The position numbers were made by a program, and so were the translations under genes. A DNA stretch of 64,000 bases, from NCBI RefSeq assembly GCF_036321535.1, contig NC_087437.1, positions 21,578,001-21,642,000 of the forward strand, given 5' to 3'. This stretch comes from Camelus dromedarius. Its lineage: Eukaryota. Every line of letters begins with the position of its first letter. Positions within the stretch are counted from its first letter, which is position 1. The notes beneath the pieces are model-generated. The model searched no databases, was not told the DNA's origin, and was given only the letters and a program-made list of their open reading frames with translations. This document shows, piece after piece, positions 25,560 to 38,960 of this stretch.

Positions 25560-27100
25560 CACATAATCATTTAACAGAAAAAAATGTCAAAATTTAACAC
25601 CCTTTCATGATAAAAAATACTCAGCAAAGTAGGAATAGAAGGAAACTTTCTCAATATGATTGTGGGAATTTGTGAAAAATCCACAGCTAATATTATATCA
25701 ATGGTGAAAGTCTGTTTTTCTCCCATGGCAAGGAACTCCTAAGATCAGGAACAAGACAAGGACGCCAGTTTTCACTACAGTTATTCAACATTATGCTGGA
25801 AGTCCTAGCTGGGGCAATTAGGCAAGAAAAGAAATAAAAAGTATCCAAGTTGGAAAAGAAGAAGTAAAATTCCCTTTACAGATGGCATAATTCTATATAT
25901 AGGAAATACCACAGAAAATACCAAAAAAACTACTAGAGCTAAAAATGAATTCAGCATAGGTGCTGGGTACAAGACCAACACAAAAATCAGTTGTGTTTCT
26001 ATATAGCAGCAACAAATAGTCCAAAAAGGAAATTAAGAAACAATTCCACTTACAATACCATCCAAAAGAATAAAACACTCAAAAATAAACTTGACCAGGG
26101 AGGCAAAAGAAAAAACCAGAGGCAAAAAACTGAACTCATAGATACAGAGAACAGATTAATGATTCACAAAGGTAGGGAGTGGGGGCTGGGTGAAATGGGT
26201 GAAGGTAGTCAAAAGCTATAAACTTCCAGTTATAAGATAAATAAGTCCTGGGGATGTAACGCACAGCATGGAAACTATATTTAAAAATTTTTTTTTAATT
26301 AAAGGAAAAAAATAAGAAAAAAAAAAGGACTTGTACACTGAAACTACAAGGCTGAAAGGAATTAAAGAAGACATAAATGAATAGACTGACACTCCATGTT
26401 AATAGAGTGGAAGACTTCATATAAAGATGTGAATACTACCCAAAGATTCAATGCCATCCTTATCAAAATCCCAACTTTTTTAGAAGAATTAAAAAAAAAA
26501 TCCATCCCAGAAATTATTAATTTCAGGAGACCCCAAGATATAGCCAAAATAGTCTTGAAAAAGAAGAAAATTGGAGGTGTCACCCTTTCTGATTTCAAAA
26601 CTTACTACAAAGCTACAGTAATCAAAATACTGTGGTACTGGCATAAAGACAGGCATATAGACCAATGGAATAGAGTACAGAGCCCAGAAACAAATGTCTG
26701 CATATATAATCAAGTGATCTTTGATCAGGGAGCCAAGACCATTCAACAGGGAAAAGAGTCTTTTCAACAAATGGTGTTGGAAAAACTGGATATCAAAAGA
26801 ATGAAGTTAGACCCTTACCTTACAACATATACAAAAGTTAACTCAACATGGATCAGAGACCTAAATGTAAGAGCTAAAACTATAAAACTCTTAGAATAAA
26901 ATAGGGAAAAGCTTTATGACATTGGATTTGGCAATGATTTCTTGAACATTACATTAAAATGTACAAGCAACAAAAGAAAAAATCAGATAGATTGGACTTC
27001 AAAATTAAAATTTTGTACATCAAATGACACTATCAACAGAGTGAAAAGGCATGGAATTGGAGAAAATATTTACAGATCATATATCTGTTAAGAGATTACT
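25560..27100 (+). mobile_element. L1 ORF2 remnant with an L1 3'-end fragment inserted at about 26111-26325
   Basis: ORF 26396..26899 has L1 ORF2 motifs (DFKTYYKATVIK..WYWHKDRHIDQWNR, LDPYLT.YTK.NS.WI.DLNV). Confidence 0.9.
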
Positions 27101-27153
27101 ATTCCTAACTTAATTTCTATTCTTTTTTCCAATATATAGGCAATATGATTTAC

Positions 27154-27236
27154 CTTTGTGCCTTTTTGCCACCAAACCGAACCTCTTCTCTTAAAAGAGA
27201 GAAATGTGCTTCATGACTTGTTAATCCAAGCATAAT
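27154..27236 (-). CDS. XRN1: XRN1 exon 6 (IMLGLTSHEAHFSLLREEVRFGGKKAQR)
   Basis: In frame; AG/GT ends; 83 nt. Confidence 0.97.
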
Positions 27237-28463
27237 CTGTTGAAAAATGATGAAGAAATGTTTCTAATTCTCTCATTTTTTATAGCAACAGGTTCACAAA
27301 AGCAATCAAAAACACTTCTATATAGAGAAGAACATGCTTATGTGAGGAAAATAAATAATTTATTAGCAAACTGAATATCAAAATATGATCCATTTATAGG
27401 TTATGAATGGGGTAAATTGAGTATATTTTTCTAAGGGAAAAAGTTCACCTTAAACTCACATAACTTTTATAACCACTCCACTGCACCCCCCACAAAAAAA
27501 TCCCCAAAATTTTCCCTTTGTTTTTACACCTTTCCACTTTCCATGGGGGAATGGGTAGGAAATTAGAGGCAGCAGCATTTCCATGACAGAAGAATACAGG
27601 ACTCTTCTGGAGTTATGTGAAAACTCAGAAAAAACTGGAAAAGGATATTTTCAGTTAATATTCTCACATAGTATTCTAAACTCCAAAGTAAGTCAAATAG
27701 TCTAGTGAGACATATCAACCAAGTGCAATGTATATTGCTTATTTTATTTAAATCCTGACTCAAACAAAACATTTATGAAGCCATCAGGGAAATGAGAATA
27801 CTAAATGATTATTTATATATTAAATAGTGATTTGTTAATTTTTGTTTTATGTGGGATAATGACATTGGAATTATTATTACTATTTTTAATATCCCCCCAT
27901 TATGAAATATCTATAGATTACATGACACAACACCTGGGATATACTTCAAGAATCCAGAGAAGTAGGAGGAAGGAGACAGATGGCTAGGGATAAGAGCTGA
28001 AGTTATTGAAGGTGGATAATAAGACACAAGGAGGTTTATATTATACTCTCTTCTCTACTTTTGTTTATGTTTGCAAATTTCCATAATAAAAAGTTAAAAT
28101 CAAAAAAATCTAGTAAAGTTACTGGGGTTATGGATTTATTAGATCAGGTGGTATTAAAAGTCATATACTAATAAGCATGAGGGTAAAAAGGGCCCTCTCC
28201 CCTGACCTCGGCCCAGCAGTCATAGCACTGGGGTCAGTCAAGTGTGAACACCAACTAACTATAGAGACTGTTGATCATAAACTGTAACAAAAGAACTCCT
28301 TCCCCAAATGTTTTACAACTTTGGTAATAGCAGAAGTAGCAATCTCTATTATGTCTTCAATATTTGTTCCCACAGCCAGAAACCTTCTTATATTAAAACT
28401 AAGCCTCCTAGATGTTTAACTACAATGGCATAAGATTATAATCACAACAAACATTATACCTAC

Positions 28464-28574
28464 CAAGTCAGCATCTAAGCCATAAAGACAATGTCTGGTG
28501 TTTGGATCATGATCTGGCTTTGCCTTCTCGGATCTGATAAATTCCATGATTTTATGTTCTCCTTCTCCAGGAGT
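28464..28574 (-). CDS. XRN1: XRN1 exon 5 ([14 protein letters not shown]...[10 protein letters not shown])
   Basis: Catalytic PGEGEHKI and YGLDADL motifs; 111 nt. Confidence 0.98.
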
Positions 28575-28665
28575 CTAAATATAATGTTTAAAAAAGAAAG
28601 TGGTAAGATGTTATGCTTTGCAATTTTAAATGAAAAAAACTCTTTAAATAAAAAAAGATAATAAC

Positions 28666-28775
28666 CTCATGGCCTGAGAAGTAGATGGTAACTCCCTGCC
28701 ATGACTTGTCTGTAGAAATTTTCATATTTACAAAATACTTCAGATGTTCATGTAACCTGGCCATGAATTCAGTCC
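28666..28775 (-). CDS. XRN1: XRN1 exon 4 (TEFMARLHEHLKYF...YFSGHE)
   Basis: Translation continues the frame; tatag| acceptor, GAG|gttatt donor; 110 nt. Confidence 0.97.
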
Positions 28776-29981
28776 CTATAAATAAAAAGTTTTTAAAAAT
28801 TTAATCTGAAAGAGATATAAAAACAGTAAGTTCCCAGTGACAACATGAAATTGGATCTGGGTGTCCAGGGAATAGCGAGGTATAAGATCTCCAAAGGAGG
28901 TCAAAAGCTCTCTTGCTTACCTCGAAAAGCAAGAGTAAATGTTGTACTTTCCCTAGCAAATATCACAACTATTTCCAGTTTCATGAGTCACCCTAAAATG
29001 AAGTTAATGTGAGAGAGGGAAAGTCAAAGAATGTCAAAGAATGAAAGTCAAAGAACTGCCTCAGGACTATGCTTCAAATAGTTTCAACTCTCTAATGAAC
29101 TTCAGTCTTCTATTTCCTCTGCTGGATTTTGAAGTTTTCTGTTTGTTGTTTGTTTTTAAGGCATGAAAACATCAATAAGATCACCAATAACAACATTACT
29201 ATTATTATTACTACAGTTAACTTGAAAAATTATTATTAATCTGGAAACTGAGTCTACAATGATTGTTTAAAGAAAAGCCCCGATGGTCAATAGTCAAAGG
29301 CAATGCAGTCTTAAACTGTATCATGATAAAACTGGTTATTAAATTAAGCAATGTGTTACTGGGGCACTTAATGAGAGAGAACACCACCATAGTAAAGAAT
29401 TAATGAGAAAGTAAGATTTTAAGATTTGCTTTTCAAAGTAAAGGATTACAATGTTGGACAAATCTCCAGAAGTGCAGGCTGTGTTGTTGCATATAAAATT
29501 AAACTTGTAATACTGATAAATTTATGTATCGTTAAAGTCACGGAAATCTTAACTGCCTTTGAGAAGCAGAATAAGAAGAACTCTAGACTAGGAAAATGGA
29601 TTTCTTATCCTGAATACAAGCCAGCTACATGAACTGGGGTGAGCCACAGCCTCACTCAATCAGTTTTCATACAAATAGATGGCAGAAATAGGACTGATCT
29701 TTTAAGTTCCTTCTAGGTCTGGAATTCTGTGCATTTGGGAGAGTCCTGTCCATAGCTGCTCTTATCAACATTTGTAAATCCCTACAGTGGATTTCATAGT
29801 GGAATTTATGACAAAGGTGACCAAAGCATCTCATGAAGAGACGTAACTGGGAAAATACAGCATACGGAGTTCTAGGGACAAAATAAATAAGAGGTTAGAA
29901 AAGAAAACTACATTTGGAAAACACATTTACATTTACATTTACATTTTAAATCTCTCAGAATTTTTCCCTCAGTGAATTTAC

Positions 29982-30079
29982 CTGGTGTAATGCAATTGGA
30001 ATCAAATCTGGCCTCTGTAGGAAGAGTTTCTCCTTTTTCTATTGCCTTTTTAATTTTGTCTTCTGCCTCCTTTGCTGAC
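29982..30079 (-). CDS. XRN1: XRN1 exon 3 (SAKEAEDKIKKAIEKGETLPTEARFDSNCITPG)
   Basis: FDSNCITPG motif; AG/GT ends; 98 nt, ends phase 1. Confidence 0.97.
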
Positions 30080-31139
30080 CTTAAATGTTAAGAGGAAAAA
30101 AAAAGATCTTCAACTTTCTGGAAAATGGAGAGATCTCTACATAAAGTAAACTGTTATTAAGATGTTTTTGTAACTAAAATAATTTATCAATTTCAAGGTT
30201 CAAAACACGTAAGTTTTGAAATGACTATAATCAATAAAGATGAGCCTCAGAACTGTTTGTTTTTATTTATTTAAAGAATTGAGTTTTTTTAAAAGAGGAC
30301 TATAGAAGTAGAACATTATAACAGCATAAAATGGATGTAGAATATTACAAATACTTATTATAAAGTAATTCTTTTCTTATCACAAATATACAGTTTATTG
30401 GTTCTAGAAATAATTTCAAAAGTACAGCATTAAACATTCACCATATATAACTACATTTAATAATAACAGATAAGTATATTATTAAAATGATCTCCTAGAA
30501 TATCATATAAAAAGTTATAAAATTGTAATGTATATCTCTGGGTTACCTCATGAAAACATCTAAAATGAAAGCCTAATAACATTAATGACATAAGCAGCCA
30601 AAAGGATCTCATTTTGGAGGCAATAGGATTTCCTAGGAAGAACATGAGGTTTAGAGTCTGATAGACCTAGGTTTGAATACAGGCATCCCAATTCCTATCT
30701 GGCTTCTCCTGTAATCCACGTGTGGCACACAAATATGTCACATACAGTTAGGCATACAAGTTAGGAAGTTCTGCTTTATGCACATTTTCTACAGCCTTGT
30801 TACTGGCTCCCTCTACTCTGCCCTGTGAAATTCTATTTCTGTGATAAACAAACTCTTCTTCATATTTAACCTCTCTCTCTTACCACCTTCTTTAATAGAA
30901 CAAAAACCCTGAAGATAACAATTCATGTGTAATCCTGCCAATGGAAGCTATTCTTTCCTCTTTTCTCTCCTTCTTTCTTTAATTGAAGAAATGACTATTC
31001 AATGTTACTATGTGACAAGTTTTTGGGATATAACAAAAAAGAAATGATTCCTCTTCTCACAAAGTTTACATTTTAGTGGGGAGATGGAAAATTAAACAGC
31101 CATGTTTAATGTAGCTGCAATATAGAGAATGTCTGGGAA

Positions 31140-31870
31140 AGGGATAAGGTAAAATTATTAATGTAATCTAGGTAGATTTTGATGACCTAGGCTGAGATAG
31201 TAGCAGTAAAGATGAAAAAATAAACAGATATGATAAATGTAAGAGACTGGATAAGTAGGACTTGGATGTGGGGAATGAGGAAGAGGGAGGAGTCCCAATT
31301 ACTCTTGGACTTTGGAAATGAGCAGCTATTTGCACAGTGTTGTCATTCACGGAAATAGGAAACACAGAAGGCAGCAGGTTTGAGGTAAAGATGAGTTCAG
31401 TTCTAAACATGTTAAGCCTGAAATGTATCTGTGATATCCAGAGGAATCAGTTAGCAGGCATCTGGATATATAGAAGCTCTGAAAAGAGGTATCTTCCAGT
31501 AAGATAAATTTGGAAGTCATCAGTAAAGATACAGTAATTAAAGTTACTGGGTAAGATCTCTCAGGACCCAGGACAGAACCTTAACAAACATTAATATTTA
31601 AGAAAAAAGCAGAGGAAGAGAAGATAACAAGGAGATTAAGACGGTATAGTTGGAGAGAGTGCAGTTACCTGAAGGTCATGGGAAGGAAGTTCAAGAAAGA
31701 AGTAATAGTCAACAGTGCTAAATACTAGAGATAAATGAAGTAGTATAAAGATAGAATTATTCTTTAGATGTAGCCATAAGGAGTCTATTTGTAATCTTAT
31801 AAGGAGGTTTCAATGGCATAGTAAGGATGAAAGACATGGCAGCAGATTTAAAAATGAGTAAGAGATGCAG
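31140..31870 (-). mobile_element. L2 LINE remnant
   Basis: Purine-rich L2-like text (gatgagttcagttctaaacatgttaag); boundaries approximate. Confidence 0.6.
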
Positions 31871-31993
31871 AAATATTATGATTAAAGATTATGAATGATG
31901 AAAATAGTCATTGTGGAGAATGACAGAAAGCTGACTGAGGGATTTTGGGGACACATGGAGCACTTGATGCCACCACAGAATTGAGTAAATGCT

Positions 31994-32697
31994 TGTGGTG
32001 GTTCTGGTGAATTAGCCCTCAACAGCCATCTCATTCTCCTAGTTTGTCTTCTGATACTAGAGAGGATGGAAAGCTAAAAAAATTAAACTCTCATGCTTCT
32101 CTGCATCTAGGCTTCTGGATATGACTCAGACTTTGCCAGTTAGATGTTTCCATAAAAGGTTTGGGATGATGAAGTATGGTGAAGTCTGTATTACAGTTGA
32201 GGCACTGAAGTTGTGTGTGTGGGGGTGTGTTTCATCAATAGTCAAAGAGATCTCAATATTCAGCAATTGTACAGGTGCTAAGAAGCAAGGTGTTTTTTTT
32301 TCCTAGTCTGGATATAGCAGATGCTTTGGGGCTCTGGAGCTAACAAAGTTGTGGCTTCTTGATTGCGGAACTGTAACTAAAGTGATACATTCTTGGAGCC
32401 AACAGTTCAGGTGTTAGCTTCTTAATTCCTGGATCAGAGCTAAAGGAATAAATTCCTAGATCTATCTGTTCTTGCCAGGGCCTCTGAACTCCTTACCTTC
32501 CTAAATGTTGTATTAGTAGTGCCATTGGTGGGTCAGTTCTATGGTGTTCTGGAAGTCATTCTTAAAGGCTAACCTAAATTCCCACCCTTTTGACTTTTAC
32601 AATAATTTTTATAAGCATCCAGTTCTCTGTATTTATATCCCATGCTGCTTAAAATAGCTAGATTTCCATTACCTACAACTGAACACCGACTGATACA
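31994..32697. mobile_element. Possible old ERVL-type solo LTR
   Basis: Starts TGTGGTGG, ends ACTGATACA; no clear TSD; family uncertain. Confidence 0.45.
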
Positions 32698-33805
32698 GTG
32701 GGCTTATATAATCCTTTCTCAACACTAGATTTTCTAGCCAAGCAGGTCCCCAAAACTAGTTTAACAAACACCAGGGGAATCTGGTAAAAAATATTTGTCA
32801 TCTATCTAAAAATAGGGCCCAGTTTTTAGAGATTCAGATTAGGTAAGTCTTAGGTGGTACTTGAGAATCTAAATTTTAGTAAGAGATGGTCCTTATCTTT
32901 AAGGATGTCACAGTTCCAGTATCTTCAGTATCTTTCCTCTTTGGATATTTAAATCAGTACAGTCTTCCATCCTCTTCCCATTCTCACTGCTAGCCTTCCC
33001 CAGGTACTCTCCCACCTTCCTTGATGATTTCCACATTTGATGCAGATGCCCTTTCTACCTCTATACTTGCCATTGTGATGAAAGGAAAGGATCCATTCTG
33101 CTAATGACTGATCAGACTCCCTCAACTCAGGGTTTCTTTCCTTCAAGTCTAACAACCCTCTTAATTTTACTTACGCTACTCCTGAGAAGGATATAGCAAG
33201 TCATTGTTACTTAGAAATATTCCACAGGTCCAGGACTTTAAAACTTTCTCTCTGGGTACAACCTTTTTCAACCTTCTGCTTCTCCTACTACCCAACTCAT
33301 ACAATGGGCTAATAATATCTTGAGTGTCCTAACTGCTCTCTTCTCATACTCCTTCAATCACCTTCTAACCTCCCTGGCCTTTCTACATGATGCTCAAGCC
33401 CAGGGTCTAATTAAATGTCAGTAATGTTCTCATTAGCACAATCTCCTTGTTCACTCTTCAGTTCCATAGCTCAGGACGAACTACTACAGGAGCCTTCTCT
33501 ACAACTACTATTTCCATTACCAAGTTTTGAGCAGTTTGAAAAATCTGTGATAGAGAACAACACAGTAACTTCATACAGCCCAACATACACTTTGAGAAAA
33601 GACACCTTATTTGAATTACTAATTTGTTTACTTGATTGATAAAATGTGACATTATAAGTATGTGATACTTCCATTTCTGAGGTGGGGAGGGTTAGGCAGA
33701 AAAGAAACATGAACAGGAGATGCATTGTGTTAAGTCAGTTATCTTTAAAAATAATATATTTTATTAATCTAAATAGTATTCTAAAATAAACCATAAATTT
33801 TTTAC

Positions 33806-34038
33806 CTAAAACGCCTCCCACGCTGCTGGTTCATCTTTGCTCGAGGAGCCACACCATCAACAGCCATGAAGAACACTTTTCTAGGCTTAATAATGCGAAA
33901 CAACACCTCCAAGTAGTGAAAAATGTCAGTAAAGATTTTATCATCTGAAATTCTGAAGTGAACATCATCATCATTAGGGTGAGAACACTGATGTATAATT
34001 CCATTCATATCCAGGTACAAGTTATCAAATTCAGGAAT
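33806..34038 (-). CDS. XRN1: XRN1 exon 2 (IPEFDNLYLDMNGIIH...AVDGVAPRAKMNQQRGRRFR)
   Basis: XRN catalytic motifs YLDMN and DGVAPRAKMNQQR; ttttag| acceptor, AG|gtaa donor; 233 nt. Confidence 0.98.
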
Positions 34039-35232
34039 CTAAAAAACAAAGAAAAATGATCAAGATCATCATTATAATCAACCACAAATATCTAAGCAGC
34101 TGATAAAAAGCAGAATATAGGGACTTATTATATAAAAACTGAGTAAACAATCACAGTTGAATAAAGAAAGTAAAGAAATAGGAGGAATTTGTAAGATGCA
34201 GACATACTAATGGTTACATTATGCACCAAAAGCTTGATCACATGGACTGTCAGGAAATTATCTACTTATTTAAAATAAGATAACCTAGGAAAACACCAAA
34301 TAAAGCACTTGGCTGATTTGGTACTCAAAATATTAGTTTCCTACTATTTGACATTAACTCCTCAAAGCCCTATTACTATAATGAGTAACATAATGCCCAT
34401 TTATATCAAAAGGCTGTTTGTACACGGTCATTAAAAGGTTTACAAATGATTTAAAGCCTTATGGTATATGTGGTTTCAGTGAAACAGAATCACTAATTTG
34501 GTTATATTAATTTAAAAAGCTTAGATTATACCAGGAAATTGAGAAAACTTCAAAAACTGATTTCTTATTTTTCATATGTGGATTAAATAATGTCTAAACT
34601 TTGGCTAACAGGCATCTACTTTTATAAAAAGGCCTTCATGGTTCTGACTCTAATTTGTTGTTTCCTGTATTTAAATGTTTGTGAGCAAGTAAGGGGAACA
34701 CTACTGAAACAGTAATACACTAACAAGGAACTCAAATGGGCACAACTTAATATCTAATGTAATTAAGGAATTTTAGAGTAGTCTGCCTTACACACTAATT
34801 GAAGAAAAGTATTCTGAATTTTCAAACATAAAAACAATAAAAAAAAAATGGGCTTTCCTGTATAAACTCAATGAAAACCATCCCTGGAATAATTATTTAA
34901 ATTTTACCATATGTATAGATAATAATACTATTATTATTGAGAAAATAAAACTATTATTATTAATAATACTATTATTATTGACATATCTTTGAGTTTTGGG
35001 AGTGAAAGGTTTTGGTCTTTAAATTAGTGAACACCATAAAGAGATATTTATAAAACCCATTTACACAGGATTGTACTAAGTACCACATAAGAAAAATTTA
35101 AATGCCCTTATTGAGTAACAGGCTTAAATGAAATGACAATTGTGATTACGAGATTTCAAGTGTACATTCAAGATTTACTGTTTGTTTCAAGAAATCTAAA
35201 AACCTCAATCAAAATCTTAATGTGATTTTTTG

Positions 35233-35357
35233 TTCTTCTTGTTCTTTTTTTTCCCCCAGGGGGGAGGTAATTAGGTTTTATTATTTATTTTTAGAGGAGG
35301 TACTGGGGATTGAACCCAAGATGTCGTGCAGGTTCAACACTTGAGCTATACCCTCCC
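35233..35357 (-). mobile_element. tRNA-derived SINE (Vic-1-like), internally deleted
   Basis: Reverse complement GAGCTATACCCTCCC and GGAGGTACTGGGGATTGAACCC; flanked by AATGTG(A/C)TTTTT. Confidence 0.85.
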
Positions 35358-35384
35358 TACAATGTGCTTTTTTTTTTTTTTTTT

Positions 35385-36900
35385 TTGACAGTTCTGGGAC
35401 TACTTTACAAAATGATTACAAAATTTCCTTAGGTGAATAAACATGCAAGGAGGCATATTAAAGGGAGCGTAATGAAGGAAAAGCTGCCCTATATGATATT
35501 TTATGTTATAAAATAGACAGTTTAATTGAACCAAGTAGTTCAGAAGTAGTCCAAGTGTACATATAAATTTTGTATATAAGAGACACATCAAAGCAGTGAA
35601 AGAAAGGGATGCGGCACCTAGCTAACTATTTGGAAACAAAACTGTATCTCATCTTTTAACAAAATAAATTCCAGAAGGATTAGAAACTTAAATATAAGAA
35701 ATGTAAGTAAAAAAATTACATGCAAATATTTTGGTAATTTGGGGGAAGGGAAAGCCAGAAACTATAAATCAAACAAATGGTGGAGTTGGCTACCTAAAAA
35801 TGTACTTTTTAAATCTTATAGGGTTAAAAAAAAGTGCCATAAACAAGTTCAACTGAAAATGACAAAATGCAGGGGAAATGCTTGCTAATTAAGACAAAGT
35901 TAACATTCCTAATATACAAAACAATCCTCAAATATTAAGGAAAAGAGCATATATTAAAAATAAGCATGGAAAATGCAAAGCAATTCAAAAAAGAAACACA
36001 AAAGTCTAATAATAATGTGAAAAAAATGTTCAACATCCCAAAATTTCTAATTAAAATGATACATCATTTTCCCCATCATGTTAGCAAAGATTAGAAAGAC
36101 TGATGTTACCCAACTGGTAAGGTTTTGGAGAAATGCATATTTCATGCTATTAAAAGCAATAACTGGCATTTATTAAGGACTTATTAGGTGCCAAACATTG
36201 GGCTAGATATTTATATACATTCTCTCACTTTATTATGGCAATAATCTTAAAAGAGAGATATTTAGATTCCTCATTTAACATTAGAGGAAAATCAGAGCTA
36301 GAAAAGAGAAAGATGGCATTTACACCCAATAGTCTGGGATGGGAATATAAACTGGTATAACTAATAATGAAAGTATTTATCAAAATTTAAGGTGTGTACA
36401 TCTTTGACCAAGATTTGTACTATTGGAAACTTATCCTAAGAAATTATCAGAATTGTGCACAAAGATACAAATATAAGAATATTCATGGCAATATTGTCTA
36501 GAAAAGGTAAAAAAACAAAAATACTGTCTAATAATAAAGAAAATTGTTGATGGTACATCCACACAATGGAATACTACAAAGCAATTACAAATTATGATAT
36601 AGATTCATATTTGTCACGGGAAAATGTATACAATACATATGGTCAATTAACAAAAGTGGGTTATAAAACAGCAGGTAAATTATTATCCCATTTATAGAAA
36701 CTATTTATCTACATGGTTATCTGCATAGAAAAGTTAGGAGTACATAGAAACAAGATGTTACTGGTGGTTAATACTGGATGATGGAATTTCAGTTGCTTTA
36801 CTTTTCCTCTAGACTATATAACAGTGTTTACATCCTGCTGTATGACGTGAAATTTTACATAATGAAGACATACTACCTTTATAATTTGAAAAAAATTATA
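35385..36900 (+). mobile_element. Ancient L1 remnant (L1ME-like)
   Basis: Degenerate motifs such as tggtacatccacacaatggaatactacaaagc; boundaries approximate. Confidence 0.45.
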
Positions 36901-38751
36901 ATTTGAAAAAAACTATAATTTTCCTTTTAGAAAAGAAATTTTAAAAATTCTTAGACTTCAGATTAGTAAGAAAGATACAGAATAATTAAGTAATCATCAG
37001 CCAGTGTGGTAAAGAAAATGAGAACGCATAGTAGAATCTTACTCTTTTACAAAGAGACCATACTAAGTTATTACATCTGCAAGTTAGAATGTATCTTATA
37101 CTTTCCCCTCTCCCTCCACCCCATATCTAATTAGTCACTGAGGGTTTTGTTTTTAAATTTAACATCCAAAATGTTTCTAGAATCTCACTCTCCTATCCAT
37201 TCCCATTGTCTCAGGCAATATCATCTTTTTCTCCAACCCTAGATTTCCCACCTTAATTCAAAACCTCAGTTTTCCAACTGGATGGCTTGCTTCTAATTTT
37301 CTTTCTTACCACAGCTTAGCCATTTTTCTAAACATAATCTGATCATGTTGCTTCCGTATTTAAACCCATGATATTACAAATTCTTAATGCCATGAAATGT
37401 CCTGTATGATTTGGCTGTTATTTTTCCCATCAATCTCATATTCATTCCTGTCTCCACATACAACTTACAAGCTAACAGTAGATCAATTAGCCCTAAATGT
37501 GCTGGGCTCTTTTAAACCTCTGCAATTTTACAGATGGTGTTCCCACTTCCTGAAATGCCTTTCTTTCCTTTTGCTCCTCGCTGCACTTATCTTGTAGGAT
37601 TTGACTCAGCTTTGAAGATCCAGCTTAAGTATATTTGTCTAGAAGATCAATGGGAAATGATGCTCCTTTCTTCAAGTCATTTTAGGTGCTATACATAATT
37701 CTGTTGAATGCATTAAGTGTAACGTCTGTCCTTGCCTGTTAAACTATGAGTTCCTCAAAGCAAGGTCTCTGATTTCACTATGTTTAGAAGTCTTGGCACA
37801 CTGCCTGACACAAAGTAGCAAATCAAAAATATTTAATAAATAAATAAATGAGCTCTCCCTTTATTGAACCTGATAGCACATATTGTCTATACCACTCAGA
37901 ATATGCATTCATATTGCTTTAACTATGGTTAAGTATTATACATCTTGGTATCTAATTTCCTCAAAGTACTAATTTCTTTTTGTTAGTATAACATTGTTAT
38001 CCTACCGAGTGTTGTTGCAAAATGCCTTTTATAAAAGACTAACATATATTTGACTGTTTAAAAGAGCTGTTAATAACTCTTTTTGTCCAGTTCTTTAATA
38101 CTATTTATCTTAAACAACCCAAGGTTTTGTTGCTTCAATTCATTTTTTAAAATGTGCTATTTTAAAACATAACAACATACTATACATATTTTAATAAACT
38201 ACTTAAATGTATGTTTTTATATACTGTTTTATAGATTATATAATATGCTATAGTTAATATAAATTCATTTATTCAATAAATATTTACTGAAAATCTATTA
38301 TGTGCCACACATTGTGTTAGGGGCTAGGAAAAACAGTAAGTGCAGTAGTACAGGGAATACCAGTAAAGGACAAAACAGAGAAAACCCCCTACACAAGAGC
38401 AAACACTTTAAGATGGAAATGTCAGCTTGTGTTCCCTATAATTTGAAAATTTAGGTTTCCATAGTCAAAACTATTTTTACCAAAATGCGTAATAGATTGG
38501 TTTTAAAAGTGCAGGCTCTAGCACAACAATGTGAATGCACTTAACACTACCAAATACTTAAAAATGGTTAAGATGGAATATTTTATGCTATGTATATCTG
38601 TGATGTTAAATTTTCTGTGCCCTGGACAGGGTGGGGTTGGGGAAGGGGAATGGGTGATTAGGGAAAAAAATATGTCTAAAGAGCCACCTAGAGGAGGGGT
38701 AATAATGAAAGAAAGGTTAAGAAATCCTGCTCTACAGCAATTCTGCTTGGT

Positions 38752-38960
38752 TTCAAATTCAGCTCCAACACTTAGTTTACTAGCTATGTAGTAAAGTACT
38801 TTGGGTAAGTAATTCATTCTTTTTGTAACTCAGTTTTCTCAGCTACAAAATAGAGACAATAATACCAGGACTGCTATGACTAAATAAGTGAATGTATGTG
38901 AAGCACTTAAAACAGTGTCTTAGTACATGGCAAGTGCTTAACATATCTTAGCTATTATAA
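38752..38960 (+). mobile_element. MIR SINE
   Basis: ttcaaattcagctcc...ctcagttttctcagctacaaaat...aagcacttaaaacagtg. Confidence 0.6.

Noticed and set aside
26396..26899. 167-aa ORF as a host gene or active reverse transcriptase
   Set aside because: Fragment of degenerate L1 ORF2 flanked by frameshifts and stops
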